Source: Paludibacteraceae bacterium
Lineage (GTDB): Bacteria; Bacteroidota; Bacteroidia; Bacteroidales; Paludibacteraceae
Length of the DNA stretch: 64,000 nt
Assembly (NCBI GenBank): GCA_024401565.1
Contig: JAKSKU010000008.1
Coordinates: 7,034 to 71,033 of the forward strand
Direction: 5' to 3'
The notes under the pieces were generated by a model that saw nothing but the letters and a program-made list of their open reading frames with translations, did not search any database and had not been told where the DNA came from. How positions within the stretch are numbered: position 1 is the first letter of the stretch; each line of letters starts with the position of its first letter. The position numbers were made by a program, and so were the translations under genes. This document shows, piece after piece, positions 19,240 through 26,342 of this stretch.

Positions 19240-19390
19240 CAAAAAGATGAGCGAATTATCACACTATTCTCACAAAAAGATGAGCGAATTATCACACTAT
19301 TCCTACAAAAAGATGAGCGAATTACTGCACCATTCTTACAAAAAGATGAGCGAATTATCACACTATTCTTACAAAAACATGAGCGAATTA
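19239..19390. repeat. Tandem array, 33-bp unit x ~4.6
   Basis: Units start at 19239, 19272, 19305, 19338 and 19371 (partial). The consensus is ACAAAAAGATGAGCGAATTATCACACTATTCTY. There are no spacers. Confidence 0.95.
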
Positions 19391-19470
19391 GACCTCACAG
19401 TTTGATTGACATTCTCCGTTTCTCCCCAAAAACCATCAGGCTTTTCGCTATGTCCTCTGTGTCTCTGTGG

Positions 19471-20256
19471 TTATTCTTTAGATTTGCTTCTAAACGTTCC
19501 ACTCTTCTCATCAAAGTAGACGTTTCTGCCTTCAAACAACGTATCGATCTGATGGTTGGCTATTAATTCTTCTGGCGTTCCGGTTTGGAGTCCATGCGTC
19601 GTCAACAGCCATAACTTATCAGAGAGTCTAAGTGCTTGCTCAAGGTCGTGAGTGGATAGCAACACTGCCCTATTCTGCGTGTGGGCGATATCGTGGAGAA
19701 GTTGTGTGATTTCGATTCGGCTTGCGACGTCGAGGAAAGCGCTTGGTTCATCAAGGAAGACGACGGGGCACTCCTGCACCACCGTTTTGGCTATCATCAC
19801 TTTCTGTCGTTCTCCATCCGACAATTCTGCCATATACTTTTTTGTATACTCAGCCATTCCAACTGATTCTATCGCATTTTTCACCAATTCCTTATCTTCA
19901 GTTGAAAGCCGACCAAAGAATCCTGTGTACGGTTGCCTGCCCAACGAAACAACCTCCTCTACCGTCAATCCTCCCGTCTGGGCTCGGTCTGTCAACACGA
20001 CTCCGATTGTGCGTGATAATTCTTTCTCGGAGTACGATTCCAACGGTTTTCCCATCAACGTGATCTCGCCAGCAAGTTGTGGCTGCAATTTTGATATTGT
20101 TCGCAGCAACGTCGACTTGCCTGCACCATTGGCGCCACAAAGGCTCACCAATTCCCCGCGTCGCAACGAGAAATTCAAATGATGATGAATGGGATTGACT
20201 CCACATCTACAAACATATCCGACACAAAGGTCGTTGGCTGACAACACTGTTTCCAT
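19471..20256 (-). CDS. ABC transporter ATP-binding protein (BtuD/FecE-like)
   Basis: Walker A GANGAGKSTLL, signature LSDGERQKV, Walker B VVFLDEP. The ATG at 20256 overlaps the permease TGA; the track start at 20259 is a TTG. Confidence 0.9.
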   Translation of the reverse strand: METVLSANDLCVGYVCRCGVNPIHHHLNFSLRRGELVSLCGANGAGKSTLLRTISKLQPQLAGEITLMGKPLESYSEKELSRTIGVVLTDRAQTGGLTVEEVVSLGRQPYTGFFGRLSTEDKELVKNAIESVGMAEYTKKYMAELSDGERQKVMIAKTVVQECPVVFLDEPSAFLDVASRIEITQLLHDIAHTQNRAVLLSTHDLEQALRLSDKLWLLTTHGLQTGTPEELIANHQIDTLFEGRNVYFDEKSGTFRSKSKE

Positions 20257-21284
20257 CAATTGAAATATTGGATTTTACGTTGGTTTACAAGAACATATAT
20301 AATCACCGGTGCTCCCAGCAATGGTGTAATCGCATTCAACGGAAGAAGGCCTCCGTCGCTTGGAAGAATGCATGCGAGATTGCAAAGCAAAGCCATCACA
20401 GCTCCAGTCAGCAACGTGAATGGAAGAAGAGTAGTGTGGTTGGAGGATCCGATTAGCAGACGTGAGATATGGGGAACTGCCAAACCAATAAAGGCTATCG
20501 GCCCACAGAAAGCGGTGACACAAGCGGTCAGCAGCCCCACCGTCAACAAAATAAGATTTCTAATCTTTCGGATATTGACTCCGAGATTTTCAGCATAGCG
20601 TTCGCCCAAAAGCAGAGCATTGAGTGGTTTGATCATCAAAACCGACGCTACTAGTCCAATCAAAACCGTGATTGAGAAGTATGGCAACTGTGCCGACGAC
20701 ACACCTCCGAATGTCCCCATTCCCCAGATGACGTAGGAATGCACGCCCTCAGTTGTGGCGAAGAAATTGAGCAATGAGATAGCCGACGACGTGAGATAGC
20801 CGACCATGATTCCGATGATGAGCAACGTCAGATTGCCTTTCACGAAGGAAGAGAAAAGCAACAGTATTGTCATCACAAGCAGAGATCCGATGATGGCTCC
20901 GACAAGCACTGCCAAGAAACCTGTGAAATTAAGAGCACCAATCCCTACCGAGCCTCCCATAATCAGCATCACCACAGCCACTCCGAGACTGGCTCCGGAG
21001 TTGACTCCCAAGATAGATGGCCCAGCCAACGGATTATTGAAATAGGTTTGGAGCAATAGTCCACACACAGCAAGAGCCGGCCCGCTCAGCAGAGCCGTGA
21101 TCGCTTGAGGCAGACGAGAATCAAGTATGATGAATTTCCAACTCTCTTTGGTTGCCTCCCCACCACAAAGAATATTCAGCACCTCTTTGCTTGGGATGTC
21201 GACGGAGCCACAGAAAATATTGCCGAGGAATAAGGCAACGAGCAGCGTCGACATAAAGAGAGTATATTTTAGATATTTGGTCAT
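20256..21284 (-). CDS. FecCD-family ABC permease (BtuC-like)
   Basis: 342 aa and polytopic. It has the characteristic LLGERYAENLGVN loop and a glycine-rich C-terminal TM region. Confidence 0.9.
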   Translation of the reverse strand: MTKYLKYTLFMSTLLVALFLGNIFCGSVDIPSKEVLNILCGGEATKESWKFIILDSRLPQAITALLSGPALAVCGLLLQTYFNNPLAGPSILGVNSGASLGVAVVMLIMGGSVGIGALNFTGFLAVLVGAIIGSLLVMTILLLFSSFVKGNLTLLIIGIMVGYLTSSAISLLNFFATTEGVHSYVIWGMGTFGGVSSAQLPYFSITVLIGLVASVLMIKPLNALLLGERYAENLGVNIRKIRNLILLTVGLLTACVTAFCGPIAFIGLAVPHISRLLIGSSNHTTLLPFTLLTGAVMALLCNLACILPSDGGLLPLNAITPLLGAPVIIYVLVNQRKIQYFN

Positions 21285-21292
21285 TTTTTGTT

Positions 21293-21383
21293 TAACGTAA
21301 AATGCTCGGAAATTTTCCGTAAAATTATCGAGAATGGATTTAATAAAAGAATTTTACGATTTATTTTTCGGAAATTTTACGTT
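21293..21383 (-). repeat. CGTAAAAT-armed intercistronic element, copy 2
   Basis: It contains two direct CGTAAAAT and two inverted ATTTTACG motifs, forming a ~90-bp imperfect palindrome. Read on the minus strand it matches copy 1 (31/35 and 12/12 identities). Confidence 0.7.
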
Positions 21384-21386
21384 TTC

Positions 21387-22526
21387 TCATTCCTTCAAAT
21401 AACGATAATAGATCAATTTCCCCTCGCAATTCGGATTAAAGATTACAGACAAATCCTTCAATAGTCTATCTGGATGGAATGGGATTTCATCGTAGTAATG
21501 CGATTTGGCTGTGTTGCAGGCAAACACGTTTCGATTCTTCACGGACTTGAACTTTTCAAATCGGGTCAAATCCTTATATGTTTTGTCGGCAGATTCATTG
21601 TAGAGGAAGAGCCAAACGTCAGCATCATAACCTTTGTCGAAGACGGTTTCAAATGTGAACGCCTCCGAACCTACATGCGTCGTCTCCTTAAATATATAAT
21701 TTGCACCAGCCGACGCGAACATCTTTGCCATGTAACTTTTTCCACCAGGCACATACCACGCCCCGTTAAAATCAATGCCGTATAAAACGGATGGTTTTTC
21801 ACGTAGAGACGCACGGACGTGCGTGTCATCAACGGATGAATACCCAGTTTCTAATTCAATCCTCTTATAGATCAAAGCCACATTATTAAAAATAGAATCT
21901 GCGATTGATTCTTTTCCGTAGAGCATTCCGTAGACGCGGATCCATTCCGCACGTCCAAGTGGTTCATGCTCCATATAGTCGGCACACTCAAAAATCGGAA
22001 TGCCAAGTTTATCCAACTCCCCATGTCCTCCACTGTTCTTGAAAGGAGATAGGAGAATTGCGTCCGGTGAGACGGTGATGATCTTTTCGACGTCGGGAGA
22101 CATTCCCGAACCAAGATCTGCTATTTTTCCATTTTTAGTAAGTTCTGCGACGGTAGGATTGGAGACATACTCCAAATCTGTAACGCCAGCAATAGAATTG
22201 ACAGCTCCAAGTTCTTCGATAGCGGAACAATGTACTGTTGTGAAGACGGCGGATTTTTCCAACGGAGTTCGGATCACGACTCCATCAGGCAAGTTTGATG
22301 GCAACTCTTTTGTTTTATCCACAAGCAAGTAGGTTTGAAGCAGAGAGGCAGAATCCCACGGATTTATGATTTCAAGTTTTCTGAATCCGTCGTACTCCCA
22401 CACCTTCACTAATTGGGCGTAGGCGAACGGGATTTCCTTACCATCCTGAGATTCAATAGTTTTGTTCTGCTGGCAACTGGTCAACAGAATAATCAAAGAG
22501 AAAAATATGCTTGTGAAGTATTTCAT
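21387..22526 (-). CDS. Periplasmic-binding-protein-type ABC substrate-binding lipoprotein (BtuF-like)
   Basis: Lipobox LLTS-C. It has the fold pattern of class III SBPs (..SAVFTTVHCSAIEELG.., ..DAILLSPF.., ..PSVLYG..). It lies in an operon with the FecCD permease and ATPase, downstream of the B12 riboswitch. Confidence 0.8.
   Translation of the reverse strand: MKYFTSIFFSLIILLTSCQQNKTIESQDGKEIPFAYAQLVKVWEYDGFRKLEIINPWDSASLLQTYLLVDKTKELPSNLPDGVVIRTPLEKSAVFTTVHCSAIEELGAVNSIAGVTDLEYVSNPTVAELTKNGKIADLGSGMSPDVEKIITVSPDAILLSPFKNSGGHGELDKLGIPIFECADYMEHEPLGRAEWIRVYGMLYGKESIADSIFNNVALIYKRIELETGYSSVDDTHVRASLREKPSVLYGIDFNGAWYVPGGKSYMAKMFASAGANYIFKETTHVGSEAFTFETVFDKGYDADVWLFLYNESADKTYKDLTRFEKFKSVKNRNVFACNTAKSHYYDEIPFHPDRLLKDLSVIFNPNCEGKLIYYRYLKE
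21801..21830. repeat. REP-like hairpin (GTAGAGACGC class) embedded in frame in the BtuF-like CDS
   Basis: ACGTAGAGACGCACGGACGTGCGTGTCATC is 25/27 identical to the intergenic copy at 9308-9334. It is translated as DDTHVRASLR. Confidence 0.7.
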
Positions 22527-22542
22527 TATGGTTTAATTATAC

Positions 22543-22610
22543 GGGAGGGTTTGAAACCCTCCCCTACGACCATTTGTTCAATTCGTAGGGGCAGGTTTCA
22601 AACCTGCCCG
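22543..22610. repeat. REP doublet (REPIN-like), GGGCAGGTTTCAAACCTGCCC class
   Basis: GGGAGGGTTTGAAACCCTCCC-CTAC ... N17 ... GTAG-GGGCAGGTTTCAAACCTGCCC. These are two perfect palindromic hairpins with facing CTAC/GTAG heads. Confidence 0.8.
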
Positions 22611-22621
22611 TTTTTAGAAAA

Positions 22622-23695
22622 TCAATACACGATCTTTCTTGGTCCAACACCAACGTTATACTTAGCCTTGAATGCACCGTCGGCATACTCAAACACATAA
22701 CCGTTGCTTGAGTAATCACCAGCAGTCAAATAAGAGCCAATCATAATGTTGCCATTCTTTGGATTGACGCTGATAGATGTTGGGTTAGAAGGAAGTTCAT
22801 CCTCTGATCCACTGATAAACGAAGAGTTCTCCTTGACTCCTGTTTTTGTGTTGAAGCTAACAAAATCGATTGAAGAAGCACCCCAAGGAGCATTGATTGT
22901 GTAAAGTGTATTCTCGTTGCAAGCCATAATAGTAGCGTTTCCTACAACAGACACGCTATCATCCTTAGTGATCTTCTGGATTGTAGCTGGAATATCACCA
23001 TAGTTACCCATTGAAATAACGAATACGTTACCATCCTTATCAGATGTGATCTTAGTTGGGTTTACCAACACGTCAATCTTAGATGCCACCTTGAACGAAT
23101 CAAGAGCGATCTTTGAAACGTATTTTCCGTTTTCATAGCCAGCAGCATAGTTCATACCGTCAGACACAGTAACGTAAAGATTACCGTTGGCGATTGTGAT
23201 CTCCTCTGGGTTTGGACCAACCGCGATTGAATCCTCGATAGCGAGACTAGCAGTATCAAGTTTTGCTACATAACCGTCGTAAAGAGAGACGTAAACCTTA
23301 CCTTTGTCAGCCGCAAGTGAACGAGGCGAACCTGGCTTGCCTGCCTCTGTCTGGATTGTCTTGATGCTCTTCAAAGAAGTACCGTCGACGATCTCGATAG
23401 TGTTAGAACCATAGACAGCGATGTAGATCTTGCCTCCATAACGAAGCATATCCTGACCTGTATCGCCAAGGCCACGTCCGTTAGCAGCCATAAACTGGTA
23501 GTAATAATTCTCACCTGATTTAAGATCAAGTGCAGATACAGATGTGTTGTTGCTACCCATCTTTCCTTCGTTTAGCACGTAAACGACATCCTTGTTAGAC
23601 ACCTGACTCAACTCGTCTTCATCATCACAAGCTGTGAATGATACAGCTCCCATCATAACAAGAGCCATTGCTCTAAATGATCTTTTAAAATCCAT
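22622..23695 (-). CDS. Beta-propeller (YncE-like) surface lipoprotein, BtuG-like candidate
   Basis: Lipobox SFTA-C followed by the acidic run DDEDE (Bacteroidota surface-export-like). It has repeated propeller-blade-like segments (YVLNEG.., KIYIAVYGSNTIEIVD, KVYVSLYDGYVAKLD, NLYVTVSDG, NVFVISMGNYG). It lies directly downstream of the riboswitch-controlled TonB receptor. Confidence 0.55.
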   Translation of the reverse strand: MDFKRSFRAMALVMMGAVSFTACDDEDELSQVSNKDVVYVLNEGKMGSNNTSVSALDLKSGENYYYQFMAANGRGLGDTGQDMLRYGGKIYIAVYGSNTIEIVDGTSLKSIKTIQTEAGKPGSPRSLAADKGKVYVSLYDGYVAKLDTASLAIEDSIAVGPNPEEITIANGNLYVTVSDGMNYAAGYENGKYVSKIALDSFKVASKIDVLVNPTKITSDKDGNVFVISMGNYGDIPATIQKITKDDSVSVVGNATIMACNENTLYTINAPWGASSIDFVSFNTKTGVKENSSFISGSEDELPSNPTSISVNPKNGNIMIGSYLTAGDYSSNGYVFEYADGAFKAKYNVGVGPRKIVY

Positions 23696-23736
23696 TTGTA
23701 TAAAATTAATAAATAATATTCTCTATGTTTATTAGC

Positions 23737-23761
23737 GGACAGGTTTGAAACCTGTCCCTAC
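23737..23761. repeat. REP hairpin, GGGCAGGTTT class
   Basis: GGACAGGTTTGAAACCTGTCC-CTAC. It is flanked by the inverted pair TAGCGGA (23733) and TCCGCTA (23777). Confidence 0.75.
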
Positions 23762-23780
23762 AAAGTCCATTGTTTATCCG

Positions 23781-25802
23781 CTAAAATTTAAATTCAACCG
23801 ATGCTTTATACGACCGTCGAGGCATCGGATAAAACTTCACCACTTCATATTGCTTGTCTGTGAAATTTATCACATCTCCTCTTAGGTTCATGTCAAAACG
23901 CTTGAAATCAAGTTTTTTATATAGAGACGCACTATGCTCCACATAGGCATCCATACCATTTGCCTTGATATTCTGCGGCAAAGAGTAACGTCGACCCACA
24001 GCATTGATATTATAGGAAATATTCACAATCGGATTCTCAAAAGCGACGCTTCCATTACCAGAATGTTTCGGAGTGTACGGAATCTGATGACCGTAGATAT
24101 CAGACTTAGGATTAGTCAAGTCGACAGCATTTTGATAAGCGTATTTTGCGGTAAAGAAAAGAGATGTCCGTTCCGACGTCGCAAAATCCATATTTGTCAC
24201 TAAATCCAATCCTTTGATCTCCACATATCCCATGTTGACGATGCTCCACACAAACATCTTCGGAATATAGACAATCTTGTCGTCAACTTGGTTGAAATAG
24301 TAGTCGGCTGAGATTGAGAATGATTTGATGCGGGAATGTTTGAGACCTTCCCCATCGGATGTTTCCTGATATGAATTTTTAAGCAATTGATATGTAGCTC
24401 CGACGTTGAACTGACGGGTCTTCTCTGGCTCTAGTGTTCTCGCTCCGAATGAATTGAAATACAACTCATTGAAAGTAGGCATACGGAAGATATCCTTGTA
24501 AGAGGCTCTTATATAGAACGATTTATCAAACGGTTTATACGAAACTGCGACAGACGGCGACAGATGTTGATGATTTTTAGGAGCGTCGCCAATCTCCACT
24601 TGATTAAAGAAGAACGATCCAAGCAAAGTGGCAGTTGCTGTCACTCTTTTATTCTCAAATTTTCCACTCAACGCATCCAACACAGTGTGACGCTGAGGGA
24701 AGACACAATCATAGATATTGGAGTTGAAACTGTTGAATCTGTAGTCGGTAGCGTTAGCCATAGAAAACTTTTCCGTGAACATATGCCTTACCACCGCGCC
24801 GCCATACCACTCTCGTTGGAAATAACGGTTGTCGAGCACACCGTTGGGATACTTCATAGCCTCATCATGGTAGTAGCTGGCATTCCAGTTGAACTTTCCA
24901 CAGAGTTTCAACATAGTCTTTTTCCAGTCGGTACGAGACGACACCTGAGCAAACGCATTCTTATCCTTCAACGTCTCGTTGCTCAATGTGTTATAGAAGA
25001 TCACTCCGCCTGGCAACTCCCTGTCGGACAGATAATAATAGGTTTTGGCATTCAACTGAGTTTTGCCAAACTTGAAATTGCCAGACAACTCCCCGTGACC
25101 ACTGGCAGCAGCACTATGCTCACGTATCTCCTCCGTCTTCAGATTTCCATTCGTGAGAGTATAGGGATAATTACCGTCAGCACGCATGAAATCAGCAGAC
25201 GCGCTGATGCTATTCTCTTTTCCTACTTTATGATCGAAAGATAGGAATGGATTAACAAGTCCGAATGAACCACAAGTAATTTTCGCGACAGCATGGTAAT
25301 TCTTATCTGTATAGAAAGGAGGATAAGTGAGAAGGTTCAGCATAGAAGCCGACGCGAAATAAGAAGCAAAGCAATCGATATTGTCAGGCTCTCCTATATA
25401 CAATGAGATATTATCAAGTTGGTCGAGTGAAAATCTACCCAAATCCACCTGACCATTCTGGCAATCCGTCACCGGGATCCCGTCGTAACAAACAGCAGTA
25501 TGCTTGGAGCCAAGCCCTCTAACCGAAACTGTCTTCAAGCCACCCACTCCACCATAATCTTTAACCTCTGTGCCCGCCATACGTCGCACGGCATCAGAGA
25601 AATCGTGTATAGCAAGACGTTCTGAATCTTTAAGGTTGATGGTTTGTGACGTAGTATTGGTTGGGATCAACTTATTCGCACCATCCACAACAACCTCATT
25701 TAAGTTTGAATCAAAAGATATGCTGTCAGACTGACCTCCGTATACAACTACGGGAGCCAACCACAAAAGAATCGAAAAAATTGTTTTGAAATTAAAGCAC
25801 AT
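23781..25802 (-). CDS. btuB: TonB-dependent receptor, vitamin B12 transporter BtuB-like
   Basis: Signal peptide, plug motif VSVRGLGSKHTAVCYDGIPV, and a C-terminal beta-barrel ending ..ASVEFKF. It is the first gene after a cobalamin riboswitch. Confidence 0.8.
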   Translation of the reverse strand: MCFNFKTIFSILLWLAPVVVYGGQSDSISFDSNLNEVVVDGANKLIPTNTTSQTINLKDSERLAIHDFSDAVRRMAGTEVKDYGGVGGLKTVSVRGLGSKHTAVCYDGIPVTDCQNGQVDLGRFSLDQLDNISLYIGEPDNIDCFASYFASASMLNLLTYPPFYTDKNYHAVAKITCGSFGLVNPFLSFDHKVGKENSISASADFMRADGNYPYTLTNGNLKTEEIREHSAAASGHGELSGNFKFGKTQLNAKTYYYLSDRELPGGVIFYNTLSNETLKDKNAFAQVSSRTDWKKTMLKLCGKFNWNASYYHDEAMKYPNGVLDNRYFQREWYGGAVVRHMFTEKFSMANATDYRFNSFNSNIYDCVFPQRHTVLDALSGKFENKRVTATATLLGSFFFNQVEIGDAPKNHQHLSPSVAVSYKPFDKSFYIRASYKDIFRMPTFNELYFNSFGARTLEPEKTRQFNVGATYQLLKNSYQETSDGEGLKHSRIKSFSISADYYFNQVDDKIVYIPKMFVWSIVNMGYVEIKGLDLVTNMDFATSERTSLFFTAKYAYQNAVDLTNPKSDIYGHQIPYTPKHSGNGSVAFENPIVNISYNINAVGRRYSLPQNIKANGMDAYVEHSASLYKKLDFKRFDMNLRGDVINFTDKQYEVVKFYPMPRRSYKASVEFKF

Positions 25803-25879
25803 CCTGTTTGGTGAATAAAAACTATATCAATACACCAAGACACGGAAGATGAAGACGAAAAAACGTTAACACAACACAA

Positions 25880-25912
25880 AAAGACACGCACGTCTATGCG
25901 TCTCTACGTGAT
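25880..25912 (-). terminator. Riboswitch expression-platform terminator (REP-like hairpin + T run)
   Basis: The minus strand reads CGTAGAGACGCATAGACGTGCGTGTCTTTTTGTG. The hairpin belongs to the GTAGAGACGC family and is followed by TTTTT, between the aptamer and the btuB ATG. Confidence 0.6.
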
Positions 25913-25924
25913 CCTACATTCCTC

Positions 25925-26125
25925 TCCTCGGAGGTGCCAGGTGTATGTTGTCTTGCAGGTCTTCTGACTTCCTTCAATTGTTCGCCTTCCCATCCAATCA
26001 ACTCAGACAGTGGCATTTATCTCCTTTCCCCTTCAGGGGGCAGGGAGCTTTGAGCAATCCTCTACTAAAGGTTACAGCAGCGGGACTGTCCGGGACTTTC
26101 ACCCGATTCCCTTTTAATCCGAAAT
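25925..26125 (-). promoter_or_regulatory. Cobalamin (B12) riboswitch
   Basis: The minus strand contains AAAAGGGAATCGGGTGAAAGTCCCGGACAGTCCCGCTGCTGTAACC, GCCACTG (26008-26014), GGGAAGGC, and the B12 box AGTCAGAAGACCTGC (25955-25969). Confidence 0.92.
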
Positions 26126-26161
26126 GAAGAATAAATTCCCAAGTCGGAACAAAACGTGGTG

Positions 26162-26169
26162 CAAAGATA
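26162..26169 (-). promoter_or_regulatory. Candidate -7 promoter box for the riboswitch/btuB operon
   Basis: The minus strand reads TATCTTTG (TAnnTTTG), about 35 nt upstream of the riboswitch 5' end. No clear -33 TTTG was seen. Confidence 0.35.
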
Positions 26170-26240
26170 AACTTTTTAATTCACAATGAGTAATTCGTGG
26201 CTATTTATACCCCCATACATTCCATCAAAATCAGCAAAAT

Positions 26241-26271
26241 TTTGTTATTTATCATTTCTTTTGTAGTTTTG
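26241..26271 (+). promoter_or_regulatory. Candidate Bacteroides-type promoter (-33 TTTG / -7 TAGTTTTG)
   Basis: TTTG at 26241-26244 and TAGTTTTG at 26264-26271, with a 19-nt spacer. It lies 72 nt upstream of the ATG at 26343. Confidence 0.45.
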
Positions 26272-26342
26272 TATATCGAACGCATGGTGTTTATTTGCCG
26301 TGCCCATAAAAAAGGATTTATAAAACGCTTAATTTTATTAAC

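Noticed and set aside
19239-19390. Possible CRISPR array
   Set aside because: The 33-bp units are directly abutting with no spacers, and there are no cas genes nearby. It is a plain tandem repeat.
19652-20182. 176-aa + strand ORF (and others) overlapping the ABC ATPase gene
   Set aside because: It is antisense to a CDS with Walker A, signature and Walker B motifs. No independent signals support it.
24564-25244. 226-aa + strand ORF inside the TonB-dependent receptor gene
   Set aside because: It is an antisense shadow ORF. The receptor frame carries the plug and barrel motifs.
25945-26127. 60-aa + strand ORF
   Set aside because: It lies entirely within, and antisense to, the cobalamin riboswitch.
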